Below, piece by piece: positions 30,145-40,409 of a stretch of DNA of 64,000 nt; the stretch's first letter is position 1; each line of letters begins with the position of its first letter. A model generated the notes under the pieces. It was not told the origin of the DNA. It worked only from the letters and a program-made list of their open reading frames with translations, and did not search any database. The translations under genes were made by a program, and so were the position numbers. The stretch spans positions 239 to 64,238 of IMG/VR virus record IMGVR_UViG_3300032018_000005, one strand, 5' to 3'. The stretch is from a virus (taxonomy: Duplodnaviria > Caudoviricetes).

Positions 30145-30418
30145 TTATTTTTGTAGTTCATGCGAAAAGGTATGGGAGGCATTCCATACTATAGCAAATA
30201 GGAAAACACCCGAGGATATTCCATGCCCACATTGTATGTGTGATACAGTTAAACAGACTATAGTACACACCAATTTATCAGTTAGCCATGTAAGCGAGAC
30301 ATCAAGGGCATTCAAAAAATTAAACAACAGTAAATTTTCTGAGAAGATGAATCAAATACATCAAAGCACGCCAGGATCACAAATGGACAAAACATCAAGT
30401 ATAGTACACGTCAAATAA
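30131..30418 (+). CDS. FmdB-family zinc-ribbon protein
   Basis: PTYDYFCSSC...CPHC...TPGS. Confidence 0.8.
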   Translation: MPTYDYFCSSCEKVWEAFHTIANRKTPEDIPCPHCMCDTVKQTIVHTNLSVSHVSETSRAFKKLNNSKFSEKMNQIHQSTPGSQMDKTSSIVHVK

Positions 30419-31086
30419 TGTTTACCCATAATCCATTACCAAGATTAAACATTGATCGTTTGGATTATGATACTGGTAGGAGATATCTAACCCCTGAAGG
30501 ATATCAGTACGAAAGCGTTACTACATGGCTTGGTAGAATATCGGATGATACATGGTTAAAAGAATGGTATGCAAGAGTAGGAGAAAAAGAGGCAACAAAG
30601 ATATCAACTAGAGCCGCTGAAAGAGGCACTAGGCTACACGAAAATGTAGAACGGTACTTAAACAATACCGAAGTTGATATTTCAACATTGAATATGCTAG
30701 ATAAGAGCTTATTCTTACCGTTTAAATCCCATTTAGATGGTCATGTAGATAATATACGATGTATAGAATATCCATTATATTCTGATATATTGAAGCTTGG
30801 TGGTTCCATAGACTTATGTGCTGACTACGATGGTGTTATTTCCACAATAGATTTTAAGACATCCAAAGATCGGAAAAATAAAGCAGATATAACAAATTAC
30901 TTTCTTCAGACTACAATTTATACCGTTATGTTAGCCGAGAGATACAAAATCACAACTAATAAATTAGTAATAATCATAGCATTGGACTGGGAAAATAAAG
31001 TTCAAGTATTTGAGGAAGACCCCAAAAAATGGATTCGACCACTTATGGAATTAATCAAAAAACATCCACCGAAAGTAATAACATGA
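30418..31086 (+). CDS. PD-(D/E)XK exonuclease
   Basis: YESVTT, RGTRLH, GSID...IDFKTS, YFLQTTIY. Confidence 0.85.
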   Translation: MFTHNPLPRLNIDRLDYDTGRRYLTPEGYQYESVTTWLGRISDDTWLKEWYARVGEKEATKISTRAAERGTRLHENVERYLNNTEVDISTLNMLDKSLFLPFKSHLDGHVDNIRCIEYPLYSDILKLGGSIDLCADYDGVISTIDFKTSKDRKNKADITNYFLQTTIYTVMLAERYKITTNKLVIIIALDWENKVQVFEEDPKKWIRPLMELIKKHPPKVIT

Positions 31087-31643
31087 CTAGACTAGAAAAA
31101 GAAAAAGAAAAAGGGTTTGATGATTCTCCCACTTTAAGTATAGAACTATTATTTGGCGAAGTGAACGACGAAAATGCTGAAGATATTTGTAGGTGGATAT
31201 TGGCTTGTAATTTTGGGCAGAATAAACCACAGATGATGAATCTTATTATCAATAGCGAAGGTGGCTCTTTGACATCTGCATTTTCCATTATAGATTGCAT
31301 GAATAGTTCGATTATACCTATTAGGACTATTGGGCTTGGTCAAATATGCAGTGCAGGACTTATGATATTTTTAGCAGGTACAAAAGGAGAACGGATTCTT
31401 ACTCCTAATACATGTATTCTAAGTCATCAATATCATTATGGGTCATCTGGTAAACATCATGAACTTGTAGCAATACAAAAAGAATTTGGTTTCACTTTCG
31501 AAAGACAATTGAATCATTATGTAAAACGTACTGGATTGAAGGCTGCCGATGTCAAGAAATATTTGCTCCCACCAGAAGATGTTTTCTTGAACGCAGAAGA
31601 AGCACTTAAATATGGTATTTGTGATAAAGTTGCATTAATTTGA
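31083..31643 (+). CDS. clpP: ClpP protease subunit
   Basis: INSEGG, CSAG (catalytic Ser), SHQ (His), AEEALKYGICDKV. Confidence 0.88.
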   Translation: MTRLEKEKEKGFDDSPTLSIELLFGEVNDENAEDICRWILACNFGQNKPQMMNLIINSEGGSLTSAFSIIDCMNSSIIPIRTIGLGQICSAGLMIFLAGTKGERILTPNTCILSHQYHYGSSGKHHELVAIQKEFGFTFERQLNHYVKRTGLKAADVKKYLLPPEDVFLNAEEALKYGICDKVALI

Positions 31644-31695
31644 CTTTTAATTTGCTCCCTGTATAATAACGATATCGATTAATCAGGAGCAAAAC

Positions 31696-31872
31696 ATGAC
31701 AACAAGAGAACTTATTGAAAACGATGTCGCAAATGGAGTATACGATAACCAATATGCTCAATTTATTATTGAAAACTGTGGTGGTGATCGTATCATCTGC
31801 AATGGTTCAACTTTAACTGAAGCACAAGAATCAGGCTATTTACTTGATGCTTTTGTCGATTCCCTGATGTAA
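31696..31872 (+). CDS. Small acidic early protein
   Basis: AGGAG RBS behind TTGACT-N16-TATAAT (31640-31667). Confidence 0.55.
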   Translation: MTTRELIENDVANGVYDNQYAQFIIENCGGDRIICNGSTLTEAQESGYLLDAFVDSLM

Positions 31873-31933
31873 TTTCAACAACGATTAATAGTTGACTTTG
31901 AAGCGGTTGATTATGGTATAATTGGAGATTGTA

Positions 31934-33202
31934 ATGAGTAAAACTATATTGTCTATATTGGGGGAATTGGGCGCCACATCCTCTATCACGGAAAAAGTCG
32001 CAATCTTGGGAAACGAAAAGAATAATGCTACATTGAAACAGGTGTTCCAAGCAGCATATAATCCGATGATTTCTTATTACATTAAGAAAATCCCCAATAA
32101 TATTCCTAAAGGACTACCATCGACGGTTCTGTTATCACAAGCGATAACATCTTTGTCTGTATTATCATCAAGAGAACTTACTGGTAATGCCGGTATACAA
32201 TATCTCACCAACATTTTAAATCAGTTACATCAAGATGATGCTACCGTTATAGAACGTATTATTGAACGTGACCTCCGATGTGGGACATCAGATACCTTGG
32301 CATCGCGGGTTTGGCCAGGTCTTGTACCAACATTCGATGTTATGCTTGCTCATAAAGACATTTCAGGTATCAAATATCCTGCATTTGCCCAAATAAAATC
32401 GGATGGCGCTCGTTGTCATATGAGTTTACAGGCTGGTAAAGCTGTTGCATTCTCTCGAAGCGGTAAGGAAATTGTTTTGCGTGGTGTATTCGATTATGCT
32501 TTGCGAAAAATGGTAAATGAAGGCGAGACCTTGGATGGCGAGTTGATCGCAGTTAAAGATGGTAAAGTTCTTGATAGGAAAACTGGCAATGGTATTATAA
32601 ACAAGGCGATCAAAGGTACTATTTCAGAAGATGAAGCAAAAATGCTGGTGTTTGCATCATGGGATATTGTCGATTTTACTTCCACTATTCCATATAACAA
32701 ACGGATAGAACGGCTGACTAAAATGGCAGATTCGAAAAATAGCAATATTTGGGTTTTACAAACATCTATAGTTAATAATGAATTAGAAGCAACATCATTT
32801 TTCGAACAGTGTTTGGCTGCCTGTGAAGAAGGTGCTATGATTAAGAACACAAATTCTTTTTGGGTACCAAAACGCAGTAAAGATATAGGTAAAATGAAAG
32901 CAGAAGAAGTAGCCGATTTGAAGATTGTCGGATTGAAAGAAGGTACAGGTAAATTTGTTGGGATGCTTGGTGCATTCGAATGCGAAACCTCAGATGGTAA
33001 ACTTCAAGTGAATGTTGCTGGGATGTCCGATGCATTGCGTAAAGAATTCTGGGATGTTAAAATGATTGGTAGAGTGATTGAGGTAATTTACAACCAACTT
33101 ATAACAGATAAAAAGACCGGTATGAGTAGTTTGTTTCTTCCTAGATTTCATGGGCTACGCGAAGATAAATTTGTAGCTAATACTATCGGTGAGTTGAAAT
33201 GA
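31934..33202 (+). CDS. gp30: ATP-dependent DNA ligase gp30
   Basis: KSDGAR, LDGEL, EGAMIK, LFLPRF. Confidence 0.93.
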   Translation: MSKTILSILGELGATSSITEKVAILGNEKNNATLKQVFQAAYNPMISYYIKKIPNNIPKGLPSTVLLSQAITSLSVLSSRELTGNAGIQYLTNILNQLHQDDATVIERIIERDLRCGTSDTLASRVWPGLVPTFDVMLAHKDISGIKYPAFAQIKSDGARCHMSLQAGKAVAFSRSGKEIVLRGVFDYALRKMVNEGETLDGELIAVKDGKVLDRKTGNGIINKAIKGTISEDEAKMLVFASWDIVDFTSTIPYNKRIERLTKMADSKNSNIWVLQTSIVNNELEATSFFEQCLAACEEGAMIKNTNSFWVPKRSKDIGKMKAEEVADLKIVGLKEGTGKFVGMLGAFECETSDGKLQVNVAGMSDALRKEFWDVKMIGRVIEVIYNQLITDKKTGMSSLFLPRFHGLREDKFVANTIGELK

Positions 33203-33606
33203 CATTTGGTCTAACTTACGATGATTTTTTGTACTGTGAATCCATAGGGATAATTATGCCAAACACACAACCCCATAAAGAAGGTTCTTGTAATAATGAA
33301 ACTGCTAAAATTGGCATGAAATTCGATACCGGTAAAATTGAATGGGATTTGATGCCAATAGAGGCGATGGAGGAAGTAATTCAGGTAATGATGTATGGGT
33401 CTAAGAAATACGCCAAGAATAATTGGAAGTTTGTAGAAGACCATAAAGTACGATATTACAATGCAGCTATGCGACATTTATTTGCATGGCAAAATGGGCA
33501 AACATCAGACCCAGAAACTGGATTTAATCATCTTGCACATGCTATGTGTTGCATATTATTTTTGTTGGCTAGGAAAAATGAAGATCAACTTAAAGACCCA
33601 CTATAA
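33199..33606 (+). CDS. dATP/dGTP diphosphohydrolase-domain protein (DUF5664)
   Basis: KFDTGK...YGSKKY...NW...AAMRH...DPETGFNHLAHA. Confidence 0.85.
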   Translation: MTFGLTYDDFLYCESIGIIMPNTQPHKEGSCNNETAKIGMKFDTGKIEWDLMPIEAMEEVIQVMMYGSKKYAKNNWKFVEDHKVRYYNAAMRHLFAWQNGQTSDPETGFNHLAHAMCCILFLLARKNEDQLKDPL

Positions 33607-33672
33607 TCGAGATTAAAATGGATATAATTTCAAATGATGCATCTTTAAGATTTACAGAACAAGGATAAGGAT

Positions 33673-33852
33673 ATGGTGAGTAAAAACGACATAACCGGAG
33701 ATGATATTAAATCAAAACATAATACAGATGAATATTCTTCTGGTTGGGATTTGATCTGGGGTGATAGACAAGGAAAAACGACATCTTCACGCGAACCAGA
33801 CATCGAATTAGAAATTTCTAATCCTAATAAAGAGGATTTGAATACACAATAG
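33673..33852 (+). CDS. Small hypothetical protein (SKNDITGD...Y..GWD.IW)
   Basis: AAGGA RBS; 59-aa ORF. Confidence 0.5.
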   Translation: MVSKNDITGDDIKSKHNTDEYSSGWDLIWGDRQGKTTSSREPDIELEISNPNKEDLNTQ

Positions 33853-33888
33853 ATACGATTTACAATATATGACAAATACGAGGTAATC

Positions 33889-36408
33889 ATGAGCAATTTT
33901 TACATATATAGTAAAGTCTTAGGCAACTCTATCTTATACCGAGGATATGAGGGTGAGAAACAGATATGCGAAAAACGCGAATTCTCCCCTACTCTTTTCG
34001 TTCCAAGCAAAACCCCATCATCTGAATGGAATTCTCTTTATGATAATATCCCATTGGATCCTGTTGTTTTTGGTGATATAAAAGAAGCAAAAGAATTCAT
34101 AAAAACATATGAAGATGTGCAAGGCATCGAAGTACATGGATTTCAGAAATTCGAATATGCATATATCAATCAGGAATTCCCAAAAGAAGTCGAATATGAC
34201 ATATCAAAGGTCAATATTTTAACATTGGATATTGAGGTCGTTTCTGATGGGGAAGAAGGAGACGATGAATCATTTCCTGATATTCAATCTGCATCGACTC
34301 CAATAGTATTGATTTCTTATCATTCATCCAAAACAAATAAAACTGTTGTTCTTGGATTGAAGCCATACGAGAATCAAAAAGAAGATGATTTCCAGTATAT
34401 AGAATTCACTTCTGAAAAGGAACTTCTAAAACATTTTATTTGTTTTATTCAATCGTCTAAACCAGACATTGTTACAGGGTGGAACATAGACCAATTTGAC
34501 ATACCATATATCATCAATCGGATTATTCGGTTGTTCGATGAAAACATGGCAAAGAAGCTCTCTCCATTCAATTATATTAGAGAAAAGCCTCTTCTTATTA
34601 GAGGAAAAACGGTTCAGACATATGAAGTATATGGGCTGATAACTCTTGATTTACTTGAGTGTTATAGAAAATTTGGGTCTTATAACAAAAAAGAATCATA
34701 TGCTCTTGGTTTTATTGCTCAGGAAGAACTTGGGAAAACAAAATCTGAACTTCCGGGGCTGTCATTCCGCGATAATTACAACAATTTTTTTCAGAAATTT
34801 GTCCAATATTCTGCAATTGATACTATTCTTGTAAAGAAACTAGACGAAAAACTGAAACTAATCGAATTGATGTTCACTATTGCATTTATGTATAAGTGTA
34901 ATCTAAATGATGTTTACAAAACAGTAGTACCATGGGAAGTATTCATATTTAACCATTTGCATTCTAAGAAGATACCAATACCACCAAGACGCAATGGTAT
35001 GGTCGGTGAAGTAGAAGGAGCATGGGTTAAAACTCCTATTGTAGGTATGCATGGTTGGACTATGTCCTTCGACTTCAATGCTTTGTATCCAAACATAATT
35101 TTCCAATGGAATATCTCCCCTGAGACATTTGTACCAGCCGAATTTGATGTCAAAGTTGCCGATTTTTTGAATATTACTACAGATGGTATGTTGGCTGGCG
35201 GACATGCAAGAAAAAACGATTTTTCCATTGCAGCAAACGGTTCTTTATATCGGAAAGATAAATTTGGTTTCTTGGCTGAACTAGTTAATATCTGTATGAG
35301 TAGCAGAAAAATAGCAAAAAAAGAAATGATTAATTTGGAAAAAGAATTTGCAATGTCTGGTAATAAAGCATTGCTTCCTAAAATATCTTCACTTGATGCT
35401 AAACAGAAAGCATTAAAGGTGGCAGCTAATTCTGTCTATGGTGCAATCGGAAACGAAGGTTTCATGTTCTACGAATATCGTATAGCTGAAGCAATTACAT
35501 TGACAGGACAATTGTCAGATTTGCACCTTGCTAAGACGTTCAATATAAAGATTAATAAGATCATGAAAACAGTGAATACCGATTATGTGCTATATGGTGA
35601 CACTGATAGTCTTCTTATTGATTGCCAGCCAATTGTAGACAAATTCATGCCTGGAAAAACAAGAGACGAGATTGTTAAATTCCTCGATAAGTTCGGTGAA
35701 GATGTGGCTCAACCAATAATAAATGACTCTGTTGATACAATTTTTAATCAAATGAATTGTAAGACTAAAGTGATGAATAGTAAAAGGGAAGCAATTGCAT
35801 CAAAGGCTATTTTCATCGCAAAAAAGAAATATGCAATGTACGTTCATAATTCAGAAGGAATTGCGTATAACCCACCCAAAATAAAGGCTATGGGATTAGA
35901 GATAGTAAGATCATCAACCCCTCAATGGTGTAGAAAGAAATTGAAAGATAGTCTACAGATGATATTTGAGACATCAGAAGAAGAATTTAGGGAGAATTTT
36001 AAGAAGATAGAATTAGAGTTTAAAGAGCAACCGCCCGATGTTATAGCATTTCCAAGAGGCATAAGCGATATAGACAAATATGTTGAAAACGGTAAACTCA
36101 AAAAGGGTGCTCCTATTAATGTTAGAGCAGCGTTTTTATATAATGAACATACTAAGAAACTTATTGGGTGCCCTCAAATACAGAATGGTGATAGAATAAA
36201 ATTTCTTTACATGAAATTACCAAATCCCATTAGAGAAAATATATTTGGTTTCCCAGTTGGACAAACAATACCTAAGGAATTAAAGTTAGAGAAATACGTT
36301 GATTATGATACTCAATTTTTCAAAACATTTGAATCTCCATTGAAGGCATTAACAGATGCCGCTGGGTGGAAATTACGTGAAGTTAGCACATTAGAAGGAT
36401 TTTTCTAA
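33889..36408 (+). CDS. gp43: Family B DNA polymerase gp43
   Basis: DIEV exonuclease, SFDFNALYP, KVAANSVYG, YGDTDS, C-terminal clamp-binding LEGFF. Confidence 0.97.
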   Translation: MSNFYIYSKVLGNSILYRGYEGEKQICEKREFSPTLFVPSKTPSSEWNSLYDNIPLDPVVFGDIKEAKEFIKTYEDVQGIEVHGFQKFEYAYINQEFPKEVEYDISKVNILTLDIEVVSDGEEGDDESFPDIQSASTPIVLISYHSSKTNKTVVLGLKPYENQKEDDFQYIEFTSEKELLKHFICFIQSSKPDIVTGWNIDQFDIPYIINRIIRLFDENMAKKLSPFNYIREKPLLIRGKTVQTYEVYGLITLDLLECYRKFGSYNKKESYALGFIAQEELGKTKSELPGLSFRDNYNNFFQKFVQYSAIDTILVKKLDEKLKLIELMFTIAFMYKCNLNDVYKTVVPWEVFIFNHLHSKKIPIPPRRNGMVGEVEGAWVKTPIVGMHGWTMSFDFNALYPNIIFQWNISPETFVPAEFDVKVADFLNITTDGMLAGGHARKNDFSIAANGSLYRKDKFGFLAELVNICMSSRKIAKKEMINLEKEFAMSGNKALLPKISSLDAKQKALKVAANSVYGAIGNEGFMFYEYRIAEAITLTGQLSDLHLAKTFNIKINKIMKTVNTDYVLYGDTDSLLIDCQPIVDKFMPGKTRDEIVKFLDKFGEDVAQPIINDSVDTIFNQMNCKTKVMNSKREAIASKAIFIAKKKYAMYVHNSEGIAYNPPKIKAMGLEIVRSSTPQWCRKKLKDSLQMIFETSEEEFRENFKKIELEFKEQPPDVIAFPRGISDIDKYVENGKLKKGAPINVRAAFLYNEHTKKLIGCPQIQNGDRIKFLYMKLPNPIRENIFGFPVGQTIPKELKLEKYVDYDTQFFKTFESPLKALTDAAGWKLREVSTLEGFF

Positions 36409-36501
36409 TGACCAAAACAATGATACACTAGAAGAAAACTAATAAATAAAATATGGCACGGATACCATGTACAAATCAACCGGAATAAAATAGGAGTAAA
36501 T

Positions 36502-36876
36502 ATGTCAAAAACAATCAAAGCATGGGAGCCACAAAGCGTATGTGGTGTGACCATTGAACTGGCGTTAATCGATGATGAATTTTATAATGTTGGCCTAGTA
36601 GTATTCCTTGATGGTGGTAAAGAAAATAACAAAGGCACATATGATAAAACATTTTGTGTTATCACTGGTATATGCGAAGAAGATAAAGATTATGCTATCG
36701 CAATGTCTATTCAGGCTGTTCACATTCTATTTCCAGGTATGCTTAATAATATAGCATTCGTTATATCTACAGAAGGAAAAATCGAAGAGGAAATCGATTT
36801 AGATAATTGGATAAACGACCATAAAGTAGAAGATAAACCAAAAGCAATAGTCGAACCAAAACCAACAATACACTAA
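36502..36876 (+). CDS. Hypothetical protein
   Basis: AGGAG RBS. Confidence 0.65.
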   Translation: MSKTIKAWEPQSVCGVTIELALIDDEFYNVGLVVFLDGGKENNKGTYDKTFCVITGICEEDKDYAIAMSIQAVHILFPGMLNNIAFVISTEGKIEEEIDLDNWINDHKVEDKPKAIVEPKPTIH

Positions 36877-36884
36877 GGATTATA

Positions 36885-37922
36885 ATGAGCTTATTAGACA
36901 AATTAAAAGCTGCTGGTTCTATTAAAGCAGAAACCATTGCGGAATCTAGTTTCTTTGTACCAAAAGCAATAGTACAAACACTAATACCGATTATCAATGT
37001 AGCATTCACAGGTACACTCGATGGTGGGCTTGTATCTGGACTTACTTGTATTGCTGGCCCATCTAAACACTTCAAATCTAATCTAGGTCTCGTGGCTATT
37101 AAAGCATACATGAACAAATTCCCAGAGGCAATTTGCCTGTTCTATGATTCTGAATTCGGTATTACTCCCGAATATCTTGCTGCTCATGGTATAGACACAA
37201 CCAGAGTGGTGCACCTTCCGATAGAACATATCGAACAACTTAAATTTGATATTGTCAAAAAACTTGATGAGATAAAAAAATCCGATAAAGTTATTATTTT
37301 TATTGATTCTATTGGCAACTTAGCGAGTAAAAAAGAAGTAGAAGATGCTGCCGATGGTAAAAGTGTTGGGGATATGACACGAGCAAAAACACTGAAAAGT
37401 CTTTTTAGAATTATCACTCCTCATCTCACTCTAAAGGATATTCCTTGTATTGCAGTTAACCACACATATGAAACTCAGGAAATGTATAGCAAACAAGTAG
37501 TTAGTGGTGGTACTGGTATAATGTATTCGAGTAATAACGTTTGGATTATTGGCCGTTCTCAAGAGAAAGAGGATAAGGATATTGTTGGATATAATTTCAC
37601 TATAAATGTAGAGAAGTCGAGATTTGTTAAAGAGAAAAGTAAATTGGTATTTCAGGTTAGGTTCGATGGTGGAATTGACAAATATTCGGGTCTTCTTGAT
37701 CTCGCTTTGGAATCTGGACACGTCAAAAAACCAAGCAATGGGTGGTATGCTAAGGTTGACACAGATACTGGTGAAATCTCGGTAGATAAATTTCGAGAAG
37801 CTGATACTCATAATAGAGAATTTTGGTCATCTATTTTGAAAGACCAAAAATTCTATGATTTTGTTAAAGACAAATATAAATTAGCTGTACATCAAATTCA
37901 ACCAGATAATGAAAATGATTAG
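36885..37922 (+). CDS. uvsX: RecA-like recombinase UvsX
   Basis: AGPSKHFKS, YDSEFG, DSIGNLASKKE, VNHTY. Confidence 0.96.
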   Translation: MSLLDKLKAAGSIKAETIAESSFFVPKAIVQTLIPIINVAFTGTLDGGLVSGLTCIAGPSKHFKSNLGLVAIKAYMNKFPEAICLFYDSEFGITPEYLAAHGIDTTRVVHLPIEHIEQLKFDIVKKLDEIKKSDKVIIFIDSIGNLASKKEVEDAADGKSVGDMTRAKTLKSLFRIITPHLTLKDIPCIAVNHTYETQEMYSKQVVSGGTGIMYSSNNVWIIGRSQEKEDKDIVGYNFTINVEKSRFVKEKSKLVFQVRFDGGIDKYSGLLDLALESGHVKKPSNGWYAKVDTDTGEISVDKFREADTHNREFWSSILKDQKFYDFVKDKYKLAVHQIQPDNEND

Positions 37923-37980
37923 AATTTAGCAATCACAAAAGAAACATAACTACAACCATAAACACAAATATAGGAAAACC

Positions 37981-38283
37981 ATGATTAAGTTAAATGAATG
38001 GGTAGAAATACTACCAAACGAAATTAAAGGATTTCAAACTATTAAAATAATCAAAGGGGAGTTTATTGATATCGAGTTTGTATATGGTAGTGTTGCATTT
38101 GAGGAATCTAATACAGACGAAGCGCACATGAAATTTGAATTTGATGTCCTTAAAGGAGACCCATCAAATAATATGGCAGGTTTCGAAAAATTGACTGGTG
38201 ATATATTACTCTCTATTATAGATGACCAACTTGCAAACAATGAAGTTGTTTATTCTGGAGGAGTTGATGGGTCTAAACAATAA
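37981..38283 (+). CDS. gp40: gp40-like protein
   Basis: IIKGEF..IEFVYGSV..E; lies between uvsX and gp41. Confidence 0.65.
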   Translation: MIKLNEWVEILPNEIKGFQTIKIIKGEFIDIEFVYGSVAFEESNTDEAHMKFEFDVLKGDPSNNMAGFEKLTGDILLSIIDDQLANNEVVYSGGVDGSKQ

Positions 38284-38364
38284 AGATACTATCGTTATAC
38301 AGTCTGGTTTGGATGTGAGTTTTCATGGGACAGTATTAAATGTTGATATCTCAGGGAGTGCTGA

Positions 38365-39738
38365 TTGAAAGTAGAACGCATTATTATGGAGAATTTACTT
38401 CACTCGGAAGTTTACTTTCGTGCTGTAGTTCCACATCTACACGAAGAATATTTTGATAGTAGAGTAGAAAAGGTATTATTGAAATTCATCAAAGCGTTTG
38501 GTGATAAACATAATAAATCACCAAATCAAAAAATTCTCAATTTGATGTGTAAAGAATATACTGGATTTTCTCAAGATGAATATGAGGAAGCAAAGGAATA
38601 TGTCGATGGATTGACTGGTAAGGAAGAAAACAACGATTGGTTGATTGAACGAACAGAGAAATTTTGCAAAGATAAAGCAGTTTACAATTCGATAATGCAA
38701 GCGATTAATATCATCGAGGGGAAAGACGATAAACTCAATAAAGAAGCAATACCATCTATTCTTCAAGAAGCATTATCTGTCTCATTTGATAAATCTGTTG
38801 GCCATAGTTTCTTCGACGATGCTGAATCGAGGCATGATTTTTATCATTTGAAAGAAGATAGAATACCCTTTAGGCTAACTTATTTCAATAAAATAACAAA
38901 AGGTGGTATACCCAGAAAAACACTTAATTGTGTTTTGGCTGGGGTCAATGTCGGCAAATCTCTTTTTCTTTGTGATTACGCTGCCAGTTCCCTATATCAA
39001 GGATTTAACGTTCTTTATATAACCTTGGAAATGGCAGAAGAGAAGATTGCAGAACGAATAGATTGTAATTTACTTGATTGTGAAATAGATCAACTATTCA
39101 AATTGAATAAGGGCGATTTTATTGATGGTATAAAGAGCATTGAAGCAAAAACTCATGGTAAATTGGTAATCAAAGAATATCCCACAGCAGGCGCCCATGT
39201 TGGTCATTTCAGAGCATTATTGGAAGAGTTGAAAATAAAACAAAATTTTACCCCTGATGTTATATGTGTAGATTATGTTAATATTTGTGCCTCACAAAAA
39301 TTGAAAATGAGTGGTGGGGTTAATTCATATCAATACGTCAAATCGATCGCTGAAGAATTGCGTGGTCTGATGGTAGAATACAACTGTGTCGGCTTCACTG
39401 CTACACAAGTAACACGCGGTGGATTCGGGGATTCGGATTTCGATATGACCGCAACATCAGAAAGTTTTGGTTTGCCTGCAACATTAGATTTTCTATTTGG
39501 TCTTATCAGAACAGAAGAGTTGGATGGTATGGGCCAACTCATGATAAAACAATTAAAGTCTAGGTATAATGATCCGAATTATTTTAAAAAATTCCTAATC
39601 GGTATAGAGATTAAAAAATTTAAATTATATAATGTTGAAGAAGCGCAACAGGGACAGTTATATGATGCAGGTACTACAGATAAAGACACTAGTTCTATTG
39701 ATATCGGTAGAAATTTCGATGGGTTAGATTTTAGTTGA
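38365..39738 (+). CDS. gp41: Replicative helicase gp41
   Basis: AGVNVGKS, LEMAEE, IKEYPT, SESFGLPATLD, KQLKSRY. Confidence 0.96.
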   Translation: MKVERIIMENLLHSEVYFRAVVPHLHEEYFDSRVEKVLLKFIKAFGDKHNKSPNQKILNLMCKEYTGFSQDEYEEAKEYVDGLTGKEENNDWLIERTEKFCKDKAVYNSIMQAINIIEGKDDKLNKEAIPSILQEALSVSFDKSVGHSFFDDAESRHDFYHLKEDRIPFRLTYFNKITKGGIPRKTLNCVLAGVNVGKSLFLCDYAASSLYQGFNVLYITLEMAEEKIAERIDCNLLDCEIDQLFKLNKGDFIDGIKSIEAKTHGKLVIKEYPTAGAHVGHFRALLEELKIKQNFTPDVICVDYVNICASQKLKMSGGVNSYQYVKSIAEELRGLMVEYNCVGFTATQVTRGGFGDSDFDMTATSESFGLPATLDFLFGLIRTEELDGMGQLMIKQLKSRYNDPNYFKKFLIGIEIKKFKLYNVEEAQQGQLYDAGTTDKDTSSIDIGRNFDGLDFS

Positions 39739-39762
39739 CATTTAATTTTTCTTCAGTATAAT
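39735..39762 (+). promoter_or_regulatory. Early promoter heading cassette array A
   Basis: TTGACATTTAAT-type -35, N16 spacer, TATAAT. Confidence 0.75.
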
Positions 39763-39796
39763 TCAACTTATCTGATTAAAACAAGGAGAACATGAT

Positions 39797-39937
39797 ATGA
39801 TTGACCAATACGATTACGACGATTACTGCGACAAGGATCCAATTGAACATATTAGTGATGACGATTTTGGTGATTTTTATGTTGAGCAAGAAGATTTGCG
39901 CTCACGGGCGGCTAACGTTCAAATTGAGCTTGAATGA
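39797..39937 (+). CDS. 46-aa acidic ORF ending inside an attC-like site
   Basis: AGGAG upstream; MIDQYDYDDYCDK...ANVQIELE. Confidence 0.5.
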   Translation: MIDQYDYDDYCDKDPIEHISDDDFGDFYVEQEDLRSRAANVQIELE

Positions 39938-39947
39938 TAGGTTGTGC
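39910..39947 (+). mobile_element. Collapsed attC-like site
   Basis: GGCTAAC gttcaa ATTGAG / CTTGAAT gatag GTTGTGC: R'', L'', L' with extra G, R'. Confidence 0.65.
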
Positions 39948-39966
39948 GGCACGGACTACGGAGGGA

Positions 39967-40314
39967 ATGATGACAGAATTAGACTATTGGGAAGAATGTT
40001 TATCGGACGGTGCTTACGAATGTGAGCTTGTGATTTCAAGCGAACAGCTAACCGCGCTTGCAGAAAGCGTAAAGATAGGGCATGAACATTACGGGATGGC
40101 GTTTTACTCTCCACCTTCCAGTGACCGTTTTAAAGATATTGAACGCGAATGGAAAACGAAATTAGCGGCACTCCAAGGTGAACTTGATACTTATCAAAGA
40201 AACGCTGAGATTGCCATTAAGAAAGCATTAGGGCAGCGTAGCAATGATTCTGTTTCGATTGGCGCTTACGGAGAAGTGTTTTTGAATGGAGGTAGGACTG
40301 AGCAAATTCAGTGA
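39967..40314 (+). CDS. Hypothetical protein in a gene-cassette-like unit
   Basis: GGAGG RBS; GC-richer codons; flanked by attC-like sites. Confidence 0.75.
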   Translation: MMTELDYWEECLSDGAYECELVISSEQLTALAESVKIGHEHYGMAFYSPPSSDRFKDIEREWKTKLAALQGELDTYQRNAEIAIKKALGQRSNDSVSIGAYGEVFLNGGRTEQIQ

Positions 40315-40315
40315 C

Positions 40316-40404
40316 TCACAACGTGGAGTTGAGCGGGCGCATAAATGATTGTTGAGAAAACATATCACGCTTCAGGCGCGTCCTGCTTGAGCGAAAGGTT
40401 ATAA
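40316..40404 (+). mobile_element. Full-length attC-like site (89 bp)
   Basis: TCACAAC gtgga GTTGAG cgggcgc...gcgcgtcctg CTTGAGC gaaag GTTATAA directly after a stop codon. Confidence 0.8.
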
Positions 40405-40409
40405 CACAC

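Noticed and set aside
30418-31086. Cas4/CRISPR adaptation role for the PD-(D/E)XK nuclease
   Set aside because: No Fe-S cysteine cluster and no array; it is a common T4-like exonuclease
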